This document shows positions 11,311 through 22,588 of a stretch of DNA of 64,000 nt, piece after piece. The translations under genes were made by a program, and so were the position numbers. The notes under the pieces are model-generated. The model searched no databases. It was given only the letters and a program-made list of their open reading frames with translations, and was not told the origin of the DNA. The stretch is from the NCBI GenBank assembly GCA_045837725.1, contig JBEWZL010000145.1:62001-126000 (forward strand). Direction: 5' to 3'. Each line of letters begins with the position of its first letter. The stretch's first letter is position 1. This DNA is from Vermamoeba vermiformis (Eukaryota).

Positions 11311-12463
11311 TTAACGGTTGGATTTAGCAACACGTTCGATTTCGTCTTTCTTCTTGATGGCAAAGCTGTTGGACGAACCCTTGGCAGCGTTGATCAATTC
11401 GTCAGCCAAGCACTCAGAGACGCTCTTGATGCTACGGAAGGCAGATTCACGAGCACCAGTGGTGAGCAAGTAGACAGCGGTGTTAACACGACGCAAAGGA
11501 GAAACGTCGACGGCTTGTCTGCGGACGGTACCAGCAGAACCGACACGGGTCGAGTCTTCACGAGGACCAGAGTTGATGACGGCCTTAACCAAGACTTGGA
11601 GGGGGTTCTCACCAGTCAAAAGGTAGATGATTTCGAAGGCGTGTTCAACAATCTTAACCTGTTGAAGGAAACAAAAATTAGTCAATCTGATTCGATCTGA
11701 AAATTATTGGTAGATATTTTCTAGCTATTACACTGCTGTTCTTTGATGATAAAAATAATAATATTCATTGTTTGAATACTTACAGCCATCATCTTTTTAC
11801 CGTTGTTGCGACCGTGCATCATGATAGAGTTAGACAAACGCTCAACAATGGGGCAGAGAGCCTTTCTGAATCTCTTCTTGTTGTATCTGCCAGCAGTGTG
11901 GGGCAAGTATTGCTTGTACTTCTCACGCTCATTGACAGCGATGTAATCCTGAAGAGATGAGAAGTCAGCACTAATTCCACATTACATATTCGCAGAGCGA
12001 TTTAATTTAAGCCCTATTATTAAATGAAACATGGCGACTCTTTGTTTTACCGTGAAAGCGCGAAGGAAAAGGAGAGGTAATTTAATAATTTGATCCACAA
12101 TAATAATTATCATATTATTTTTCTCCTGCAACACTTACTCTGAGAGACTTGTCGATTTGGGCGACTTGGACATCATCGTAAGTCCTATGAGAATAAATTA
12201 TTAATCTCGAGCTTTGATTAAGCACACAATAAAAATTAATAATTCGACATCAAGTTGTTTTAAAACGCTGAAAAATACTGAAGGCTATTGACACGTAAAA
12301 ATATCCATGTATTAATTATTTGTTATTCTATTAGGCCTCCAGTATTTAATTTAGCAGCATATTTTCCAATTTGTTCGTTTTCAATCTGATTTGGCTGTAT
12401 TAATCGCAATATATACCATTTGTTGAAGAGTTTAACGGTGGAAGAACCGGTAACAAGTGCCAT
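11311..12463 (-). CDS. RPS5: 40S ribosomal protein S5 (uS7)
   Basis: [69 protein letters not shown]; multi-exon. Confidence 0.97.
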
Positions 12464-12624
12464 CTTGTATGTGTTGCTTATTTGACCACAAAGGAACAGG
12501 AAAGAGAGCAAAAGTTCGTCCACGAAAAAGATTCAAAACCAAACCCTGACTTAACCACAAAAAATAAATTTGATAAAAAGTGGTTTCGTGACTTAATCAT
12601 TTTTACAACCGCTAAATTGCCTGT

Positions 12625-13842
12625 ATGTTTCGTACGACAAACACAATCGCTAAGCTGATATCGCCCATTGCAATTCGTTCTTTCAGTAATCGAAGTAGTC
12701 ACAAAATGCAATCCGGTTTGTGGGATGATGTCAAGTCCGCCACTTCTAAAGCTCAGAAAGAAGGATGGCTGTACACAATAAAAACAACACCCGAGCACAT
12801 GCAACATTCGGGCGTAAAGGTAAATATTAGAGCGCCGCTAATATTTTAATATTTTTTTGCAATTATTTATTTTTGCCTTGTCCTTTAGTTCTTACTTCGT
12901 GTCGCTACATCGTTGGCAGCAAAGCCATCTGGTGATTTGGGCAAAGAAAATGAAAAAAAGCAAAACCCTTCTAAGCCCGCTGATCCGTTCGAAAACCCAT
13001 CTACTCAGGACCTGTTCGTTAAGGAGCTTACTTCCACACATAGCCTAATGCTCAACAAATTTAATATATCCTTAGATTGCACATCGTTAAATTACACAAT
13101 CTCTTTTCATGCGATTTATCCTTAACTCACGCGACACGTCTCCGATTACCACGTGCTCATCGTCACAAACGACTTCCAACATCAAAGTGAGCCCTTGAAC
13201 GAATCAGACTTCGAGGCTATGAAGCTTGTCATCGAGGAAATGAACGGAATTGGATTTTACAATGCTGGAGAGTTATCCGGAGCAAGGTAATTCACACGCG
13301 TGTTTTTCGTGCAGAAAAACTGACTCGTTTAACAGTCAACCTCACAAACACATGCAAGTTATTCCACTGGGGACTGATGAAAAGCTACCCGTAGATGATA
13401 TTATTGAAAAATCAAAGGCGCCGAAGGATGTGGTACACGTGATCCCAGATCTGCCTTATGTAAATAGATGCTGTGTATTCTCAGATTACAGCGCGAAGTA
13501 CTTGCACGATGTATATGGAAGAGTCATGCGCGAGGTATTTGATGATCTCAAAAAGGTACTACTCGATATTAAGGCAACGATAAAGTACTTACTTTAGATC
13601 AGACGATCGACGACGGATCGCTTCAAATAGAAAAAATGAGCTACAACTTCTTAATGACTAAAAAGTGGATGATGATAGTGCCTCGTAGATTGCCGGAGTA
13701 CGAGGGACTGAGCGTCAATTCACTCGGAATGGTCGGCTGGTTCTTCGTGAAAAATGACATGCAATTGAACAAACTGAAGAATGTTGGGCCGATGAACGTA
13801 CTGCAAGCCGTTGCGTATGCCAAGCAGAACTCATCACTGTAG
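12625..13842 (+). CDS. ATP adenylyltransferase / Ap4A phosphorylase (Apa1/2 family)
   Basis: DPFENP, LNKF, FYNAGELSGASQPHKHMQ (HxHxQ), SYNFLMTKKWMMIVPRR, SVNSLG. Confidence 0.9.
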
Positions 13843-13885
13843 ATAAATTGGAACGTAAGTTCTTTAACCATTATTTACATTATTG

Positions 13886-15354
13886 TTAACAAGTACACGT
13901 CGCTGCTTTGCTTGTGACTTGAATTTTCTTGGGATTGCACGTTATATTGCTGCACTGAGCTTTCAAGCACGGCAGCGAGAAGGGTGAGGAGGTGCAGTCG
14001 GTATCGTCCACGTACTTATACGCTTTGATACCCGGGTTCTGCTCATTGATCAAGTCCACGTATTGCTCTCGTGCAAAAACAGTGTTGGGCTCTAACACGG
14101 TAAATGCTTTGTTCCTCACGTAGGCGTTTATACTGGCCCGGGGGATCGGCATAAACGGAACAACTGAGACACGCATGCGAGAGCCCAACATGTGACTAAA
14201 TTTACGAAAGTTAATTGGTAATTATCATATATACATGCGTTTACGTACCTGAACGCCGAGTTGAACATAGTATCAGTGATATTTTGAACAAGGCCAACAG
14301 TATCAAAGTATTCGTGCCACGGATCTCCGATGACGACCTTGCGGTACTGGTCAATCAGTCGCAAGATGTCTTCCTGTTGAAAAATTAATATTACGGATAC
14401 GAGTACTTATACTACTACTTACTCTATGAATATGGTTCTTGGAGACGCCGTACTCAAAGAAGTAAATGGCTTTTGAGCCATCGAGTACTCTTCGGCCGGG
14501 TTGGGACAGATGTCGAACGTCTTGGAGGACTTGGAAGATGTCAGAGGTTCGACTCAACTCTGCGTTCTTGAAGCGAATAATAGTATATTCGCATTCTTGA
14601 ATAATCTGCGTAAAGTCAGTAAGTAAGTACTGAAGTTCAAAACCCAAAGCAAATTAATACATCGTAAACTTTTTGTCGGATCGCATCCACTGACTCTGCT
14701 GCTATATCGATGGTAGCTACATTTCCCGCATCGCTTCCAAACCAAACTGCATTATCAGTTAATCAGTCGTTGTTATTTTGGCGTCTAATGTAAATTTCGT
14801 CTAACTTGAAAGAGCGACGTACCCTTGAGACTTGCGTCGATCAGTTCATGCTGCCCCCAATCCTCATCGGATTGGTAGACGAACATCATTATCATTGCAG
14901 AGCTATCGTGGGATTGCGATTGCGGGGCCTAAAAAAGACTACTCAGTAAAACTGAATTAAAAGCTAATCGGTATTAATTTCGAACAAAGTTAGTTTAAAG
15001 TTTAACAATGACGTCCCTTCCAGTTTAAACACATCCGGTAACAAAAAAAAAAAGAATTAATAATTTACTTACGAATCGTTCATCAAAATGAAAGCGTAGC
15101 CTTGGTATAACAAGGTGATCAAATGGAGTTTGATCATATCTATGAGCGAGGTCAGTCAAAAAAAGGAAATTCGTAGGATCCATTTTTGACACGCAGGGGA
15201 TCGCGTTGACTTTGGCACGAGGTTGAGGTCCATTTATAGGTGGCATTGATTTATCGTCGCGGAGTATCGTTGGCTTTAAATGCCAAACCTTGATTACGGC
15301 CATAGCTGCCAATGTAACTATCACTGCAAGCAAAATTCGGACGATTAAGCTCAT
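13886..15354 (-). CDS. Cassette gene A, copy 1: type II membrane torsin/LAP1-LULL1-like AAA+ pseudo-ATPase
   Basis: N-terminal TM; 6 exons; no Walker A; ECEYTIIRFKNAE, DGSKAIYFF, MLGSRMRVSVVPFMPIP; Cys-rich tail. Confidence 0.7.
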
Positions 15355-15541
15355 ATCTATAGGTATTGACTCGTATGCTAAGGGCGATAAATAAAATAGT
15401 TTCTGAAATTGAAGAATTGGAATTTAAATTGCTGGAAAAAAATCCGGCCAACTTTTTTCAGCTAAAAAGAATAGAAGGCGACCGGATCAAACCTCAAATT
15501 TTGATTTAATATTCTATTGGAAGCACGTTACTAATAATCGA

Positions 15542-17148
15542 ATGATGCCGGTACATCAGGCAAATCAAAACCAACCGCAAGGGCAGGCACCAGGTCAACA
15601 AGGCCAGCAACAACCTCCAGCGCAACTGCAACCTGGTCAAATAAATTGGGGGTCCTACATCCAGGCTTACGTTGCTTTCTTGAGCGTGGTCGTTTATAAA
15701 TATTGGGCATCTGTCCAATATTTTATGTTTAAGTATATCAGCCATAACTATTCGGACTTTATGGCCGTATTGTCCATCCTGTTAATATCGTCTCCTGTGT
15801 AAGTTAATTGATTTATAATTGTGATCGATCCCGCCTCAAAGGGCTCGTTTTAACGTTATTTAGATTCTTCTACCGCAAGCGATGGAACAAATACATTCAA
15901 ATGGCTATGGCGACTATTTTTTTGGGGTCCATAGTGCTGGCATTCGTAAGTTCTTCTTATTCTTTTAAAAAAAAAGAATTCTGAGTTAACACGCTATAGT
16001 TGGCTGCACCTTCACAAGCCCACGTAGAAAGAAGTTTGGCAAACCAATCTATAGGAAATGATTTCTCCGACTTCGCCGCCTCGCTGTTAAATGAAACTCA
16101 CCGCATCTACGGGTTTTTTGGCAGATCTGGTAAATGATTGAATTAACATTTAAAATCTAAACTCGTAAGACTTATTCATTATTTTATTTAGGGACGGGCA
16201 AAACTAATATTGCAGAAAAAGTGGCGAATATTGACGCAACGATGTTAAAACGTGCTATCAATTCCCGAGTGTTTTTTTTGCATAATCAAGCGTCAAAAGT
16301 AGTCGCTGATTTTTTCAATCCGAATATTACTGATTCGATGGCTGGTTGGATACAACCTGGTGGCGGATGCGCAATGCCAAAATGTTACTTGATCTTGGAA
16401 GACTTGCACCTTCTGTTAGACTACTATTATTTGAAGGCCAAACAACCCGAGCAAGTCGAGCTGTTCTTCGACAAACTTCAGACATTGGTGCGCGAGAATC
16501 CTCGTGCAGTAGTCATTATGATCATCGAAGTGACTGCTTTCAGCCGCAGCATTGACCAATCAAGAATTGCGAATGTTACATCGAATGAAGATCTTCAGAA
16601 AGAGCTCAAGGAGAGCAACAGCGTGTTCTGTCGTTTGGGCGATGAATACTTGTCAGTTTACTTCAAAGACGTGCACCGTGACTACGGTCAGTGGAAGGCA
16701 GCGATGCAAGTACATCTCAATGAACTCGTGCATAATACGATTCTACTGTCACAAGCACAAGCGCAGCCTTTCGACAAGGGTGCTAAAATATTGTACGTAG
16801 AAATGGAGTTTTTACGCGGTCAATTGGACTTACTAGTTGCATAGGTTCGACGAGTCAGTGTTTAAGAGGAGCCGCAAATTAGTCTACGCATTCAAAGACG
16901 TCAAAAAGTTCTTTCTACCGCGCTTGTACTGGAAGATCATTGACGCGAACACACCACGTGACTGCACCCCTGCAAATGGTCGTATTCTCACTGTATACGC
17001 CAAAGGAGATTTTAATGTTAAGTGCGAGCCTTGTGGTTGGATTTGCCAATTTCAATACTCAGATGAGTGGACTAAATTGTACGAACAAGTGTCGCGGGTA
17101 CCTGTCGAGTACTTCTTCCGGACAATGGACATGCTTAAAATACTGTAA
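15542..17148 (+). CDS. Cassette gene B, copy 1: multi-TM-anchored AAA+ ATPase (torsin/Clp-like)
   Basis: Q-rich N-terminus, 2-3 TM segments, intron-split Walker A GFFGRSGTGKT, Walker B-like CYLILED; 5 exons. Confidence 0.78.
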
Positions 17149-17255
17149 TAATAAAACATCTTTCTACTCCTTCTTTAGTACGAGAAACTATTTTGCAGAT
17201 AAACTTTTATTATGTGCCGATGGTTTCAAAAACATTCTACAAGTGACGGGCGAAC

Positions 17256-18782
17256 TCACTTTTCATCCACTTTTTGCCTGATGTACAAGCTCTTATTTTT
17301 ACATTTCCCTAATTCAGAATCGGGGAGTTTGAAATGATAAAATCCTTTTGGTTTCTTGGCAGCCTCATCAGCTTTGAGAAATTTTTTAATCTGGTCAAGA
17401 GCGTCGTCTGTCAACATTTTGTTGGGCTTCATCGAAAGCCAATTTCCTGTCGTATTGATTGTTTTAAATTTGCATTGGGATGCACCCTCAAATGATTTGA
17501 AGCTGATTTCTAGTGCACTCGTGGCAGAGGAAAGGTTTTGACCTTCGCTCGATTCATCTTTTGATTCTTCATTATTGTTAACTTGTGCTTCGGAGGTCTG
17601 ATTTGTGGCTACAGTAATTTGGTTATTGCTGGGATGGTTCGGAAGTTCCTCTCTGGCTTTTTCTTGATCTTGGCGAGCACTTTCAGCATTGTTGCACTGT
17701 GTCTCATTCTTCTGACGGGCGTCTTCAGCAGCTTCGCGCTTTTTTTCTTTATCTAGGCTAGCGGTTTCAGCATCTTGACGCTCCTTTTCTTTAACTTGGC
17801 AAGTTTTTTCGGCATCGTCGCGCACGTTCTCATTTTTCTGACGAGTTCCTTCAGATGTTTCACGAGTGCTTTCAGCACCTTTACGCTCATTTTCAGCATT
17901 TTGACGCTCTATTTCTTGATTTTGGCGAGCACTTTCAGCATCGTTGCGCTGTGTCTCATTCGTCTGGCGAGTATCTTCAGCTGTTTCACGCTTTGTTTCT
18001 TTAGCTCGGCGAGTGTTTTCAGCTGCTTCACGCTCTGTCTCTTCATCTTGGCGAGTTTTTTCGGCATCGTCGCGCCCCTTCTCAGTTGTCTGACGAGCTC
18101 CTTCAGCTGTTTCACGAGCGCTTTCAGCATTTTTACGATCATTTTCAGCATTTTTACGATCATTTTCAGCATTTTGACGTTCTATTTCTTTAGCTAGGCG
18201 AGTGTTTTCAGCCTCTTTGCGCTCTTTTTCGTTCTGCTCTTCTCGTTTCAGCAGATCTTCCAGTATTGTTCGTTCGTCTTTGCGGTTGCGCTCTATCTCT
18301 GATAATCTCCGGTTCATTGTGCGTAAACGGGAGCTGTTCGTAGCAACGGATATCGCCAGAATACATATGATAGCAGTTTGAACCGAATTTGAATCCAGAT
18401 TCTTGATCAAGAAGAGTATTTTTGATACAAAATTCTCGGTCGTCGTGAATTTGTTATTAATATTGTTGCTATTAATATCTACAGCCATATTATCCTCATC
18501 CGTAGAGCCAGCTAAGCCACTTATGTATTCTTGGCAGATCTTCATTTTTTCTTTCTGTTCTGTGTCGAACTTTAATTGCTGTTCCTCATCGCACACATCA
18601 TAAAATGTTTTTGTGGCCAAAGTTTTGCCTGGCGGAAGGCATCCAGTTTGACAAAGTTCGCAAAAACGCTGACACGCTACCGGCGGGTCTCCGCTGGAGC
18701 AAGCTTGTGAGTAGAGAGACTCTGCAGAAGAGTGTACGAATACATGCGATATAATTAGTATAATGAGCTGTGGTGTTATCAT
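17256..18782 (-). CDS. Cassette gene C, copy 1: intronless type I membrane protein, 7-Cys ectodomain, long heptad-repeat coiled coil
   Basis: 508-aa ORF with signal peptide, CSSGDPPVACQRFCELCQTGCLPPGKTLATKTFYDVC, hydrophobic AIICILAISVA, AExxRxx repeats. Confidence 0.85.
   Translation of the reverse strand: MITPQLIILIISHVFVHSSAESLYSQACSSGDPPVACQRFCELCQTGCLPPGKTLATKTFYDVCDEEQQLKFDTEQKEKMKICQEYISGLAGSTDEDNMAVDINSNNINNKFTTTENFVSKILFLIKNLDSNSVQTAIICILAISVATNSSRLRTMNRRLSEIERNRKDERTILEDLLKREEQNEKERKEAENTRLAKEIERQNAENDRKNAENDRKNAESARETAEGARQTTEKGRDDAEKTRQDEETEREAAENTRRAKETKRETAEDTRQTNETQRNDAESARQNQEIERQNAENERKGAESTRETSEGTRQKNENVRDDAEKTCQVKEKERQDAETASLDKEKKREAAEDARQKNETQCNNAESARQDQEKAREELPNHPSNNQITVATNQTSEAQVNNNEESKDESSEGQNLSSATSALEISFKSFEGASQCKFKTINTTGNWLSMKPNKMLTDDALDQIKKFLKADEAAKKPKGFYHFKLPDSELGKCKNKSLYIRQKVDEK
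17650..18215 (-). repeat. Coding 21-bp (heptad) repeats with a higher-order 252-bp (84-aa) period
   Basis: RDDAEKT-encoding GGCATCGTCG recurs at 17811 and 18063; AENDRKN occurs as exact tandem units. Confidence 0.85.
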
Positions 18783-19033
18783 TTTAAATCAAAGAATCAA
18801 TAAAAAAAAATCAATTCTTTTTTTTCATTCATAAAATTCCCACACACCATTTGTTATTGTAACCTTTAAATAATGAATTACAATAGCGAAGTTTGATCTC
18901 AAATTTACCGTTCGGATTTGACACTTCAGCATGTCCTCTCGATCCAAGTCATTGAAGGACGATGCTCAATTCACCAAAATCTTCTCAAACGTTGACTTTC
19001 GGTGACTGGTTTGCTACTATTTACAACGTTTAT

Positions 19034-20528
19034 TTAACAAGTGCATGTCACCGCACTATCCGTGACTTGGATCGTCTTCACGACGTTGTTACCACAAGTC
19101 AGTTTGCTGCACTGAGCTTTCAAGCACGGCAACGAGAACGGCGAGGCATTGCAGTCAGTGTCGTCCATGTACTTATACACTTTGATACCTGGGTTCTTTT
19201 CCCGGATCAAGTTCAAGTACTGCTCGCGTGCAGGGAATTCAGTGTTGACTTCGAACGTTGTGAATACTTTGTCGTCCAAGTAGGTCTTGATACTAGCTTG
19301 AGGAATGGGTAAGAATGGAATAACTGAGACGCGCATCCGAGAGCCCAACATGTGACTGCACGGTAAAAGTTGAAGTTAGTGACGCGGATGTGCATATTTA
19401 TGGAAATCTAGACTCACTTAAATGTCGAGTTAAAGATGGTGTTAGTAATATTCTGCACGAGGCCGACGGTATTGAAGTATTTGTGCCACGGATCTGCTTT
19501 GACAACCTTGCGGTACTGCTCCATCAATTTCAAAAAGTCGCCCTAAATACGAATTAGCTTTGGCCATAGAATAATATCCAACGTACTCTTTGAATATGAT
19601 TTTTTGCAACGCCGTATTCGAAGAAGTAAATGGCTTTTGAGCCATCGAGTTCTCTTCGGCCGGGTTGGGACAGATGTCGAACGTCTTGGAGGACTTGGAA
19701 GATTTGAGGCGTCAGGCTGTGTTCTGCGTTCTTGAAGCGAATGACAGTGTAATCGCATTCGAGTAAGATCTAAAAATAGAGCACGGGGTGTTAGCTGAAA
19801 AAAGTGCCGCAAAGATTGACCCGATCCACGTACCTCGTAAATCTTTGCTCTAATTTCATCGATTGATTTAACTTCTGCTATATCAATAGTCGCTACATTT
19901 CCAGCCGCACTGCCAAACCAAACTACAGTAACGGTGTTAAGGATCTGTCAGATCATTTGTTCCTACGTACCTTTTAGAGTTGCGTCAATGAGTTCGTGTT
20001 GACCCCAATCCTCATCAGCTGGATAGACAAATAACGTTATCATGGCAGAATTATCGTGAGATTGCGCATGTGGTGCCTAATAAAGAATAATCAGACCTCT
20101 TCAGGACAGGTTATTAAATGCATTGGTTATTTGTAAAATTATCATAGATATTAAATATGGTATTTTAATGGCTACCAAGTGAGCGCTATGACGGCTAAAA
20201 CAAAAAATAATGAAGAATAATTATTTATAATTTTACTTACAAATCTTTCATCAAAGTGGTACCGTAATCGAGGTATAACAAGATGATCAAATGCAGTTTG
20301 GTCGTATTTCTTTGCTAACTCCGTAAAGCGCTTGAAATACGTCGGATCCATTGTTGAAACGCAAGGAAAGCGTTTATTGGCTTGGTTGACTTGAGGCTGT
20401 GGCTTATCAATAGGTCTTTTAGGTGATCTGGCTATGGGAATGGCTGGTTTTGTCGGCCAAGCCAGCAACACGATCAAGGCGATCGTAATTGCGCCACCAA
20501 TCAGCAAATTACGAATAGTAGGGTTCAT
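19034..20528 (-). CDS. Cassette gene A, copy 2: torsin/LAP1-LULL1-like pseudo-ATPase
   Basis: Paralog of 13886-15354: N-terminal TM, LAKKYDQ..LRYHF, DGSKAIYFF, MLGSRMRVSVIPFLPIP. Confidence 0.7.
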
Positions 20529-20749
20529 ATTTTGATATATTCTATATACATATGTTTGGTGGTTTTTAAAACAATAGATACTGAATTCTATTTGCAAAAA
20601 ATATTTTGCTGACGCGTCACAGGTCAAAAAATCGCCCTAACTTTTTTCAGCGAACGGATAGAACATTTATGCCGTGCCTAGTCATCAGTCGACATATTAA
20701 CGTAGACTTATTGATCAAAGGCAACAAGATCCGCATGATTATACAATAA

Positions 20750-22449
20750 ATGTTGATGGCAGGACAGCAACCAGGCCAAAACCAACCCCAAGGACAGGGT
20801 CAAGGCCAACAACAAGGCCAACAGCCGCAAGGCCAACAAGGCCAGGCACAACAGCAGCCTGCTCAACAAGGAGGTTGGCGGCTAATTGAGGGCTACATTT
20901 TCTTCTTGATCTTCACAGTTTCAAAATATTGGGATTCTATCCAGTATTTTATGTTTAAAAATATCAGTCAAAAATACGCCGATTTTTTGGCCTTATTATT
21001 TGTCCTAGCAATTGTTTCTCCAGTGTAAGTATTTTTTATTGAATTTAGATCCAGCTTTTAATTTGATTCTATGGCCTTATAGACTTATTTATATTAATTG
21101 TTAACATATTTTCTGTCAGATTTTTCTATCGCAAACAACTGAACAGATACATCCGTCAAGGACTGTATGTTTTATTCTTCGCGTCAATAATCGCGGCATT
21201 TGTAAGTAAATAGACCTATGTATAATTAAGAATGCTTATTCTTGCATACTCAACCTAAAATTTATTTGTTGTAGTTCACTGGAGCTTCTGTCAAGCATGT
21301 AGATAGAGAATTAGCCAATCAAGCTGTCGGAAATGATTTCAGAGAATTAGCTTCTTCAATGGTTAATGAAACGCATCGTATATATGGATTTATGGGACGA
21401 TCAGGTAAGCTAATCTTTTTTTTTTGGCAAATTTCTTTTTCCAGATCTGCTCAATTTTTGAGGCTTTCAAACTAACCAGATTATTAGGAACTGGCAAAAC
21501 TAAGACGGCTGAGAAATTAGCAGAAGTCGATTTTACATTGATGAAGCGCCACAATAATGCACGCGTGTTCTTGTTGCACAATCAGCCGTCAAAGTCAGTC
21601 GAGGACTTTTTCGATCCAAGCGACGCAGATTCATTGACTGGCTGGATCCGCAACGGCTGCGTATTACCTAAGTGTTACTTGATCTTAGATGACTTGCACC
21701 TTCTTTTGGATTACTACTACTTGAACCAACAACCCGAGCAAGTCGAGCTGTTCTTCGACAAGATCCAAGACTTTGTTGACGAGCATCCTCGTGCAGTAGT
21801 CATATTTATCATCGAGATCACGGCTTTTAGTCGCAGCGTTGGCCAATCGAGGATCGCACACGTTGAAACGAGTAAAGAGTTGCAGAAAGAGCTCAAGGAG
21901 AGCAACAGCGTGTTCTGTCGTTTGGGCGATGAATACTTGTCAGTTTATTTCAAAGACGTGCACCGTGACTACGGTCAGTGGAAGGCTGCGATGCAAGTAC
22001 ATCTCAATGAACTCGTGCTCAACACCATGTTGCTGTCACAAGCACAGTCGCAGCCTTTTGACGTGGACACCAAGATTGAGTACGTCACTGCTAACATGCC
22101 TAATATGTTAACGTTGCTAATGGGTACCTTAAATATCAGGTTCGACGAGTCAGTGTTCAAAGAGACTCGTTCACTGGTCTACGCATTCAAAGATGTCAAA
22201 AAGTTCATTTTGCCGCGCTTGTACTGGAAGATCATTGACGCGAACACACCACGTGACTGCACCCCTGCAAATGGTCGTATTCTCACTGTATATGCCAAGG
22301 ACGATTTCGAGGTCAAATGCGAGCCTTGTGGCTTCATGTGTCGGTTGCGCCATTCAGACGCGTGGACCAACATCCGCGAGCGACTGTCACTCGTGCCTGT
22401 TGAGTACTTTTTCCGCGGCATGGACGTGACACGTGTGTTCTTGACTTAA
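20750..22449 (+). CDS. Cassette gene B, copy 2: membrane-anchored AAA+ ATPase
   Basis: Q/G-rich N-terminus, TM segments, GFMGRSGTGKT, CYLILDD; 60-nt intron at 22080-22139 matches copy 1. Confidence 0.78.
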
Positions 22450-22588
22450 TCTGTGCCATATTGTGATATATAGTGTAGTAGTCGGTATAGTAAACTTTGT
22501 GCATAGTCTTCTTTTAACCACATCCGTTTCCGTAATGAATTTTTATTTACAATTCTTTTTACATGGCTAAGCTATATGAAACTATTAC

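Noticed and set aside
18931-19005. Short ORF MSSRSK..NVDFR at the cassette junction, sharing NVDF with exon 1 of the F-box gene at 23548
   Set aside because: Four matching residues are not enough to call it a duplicated relic.
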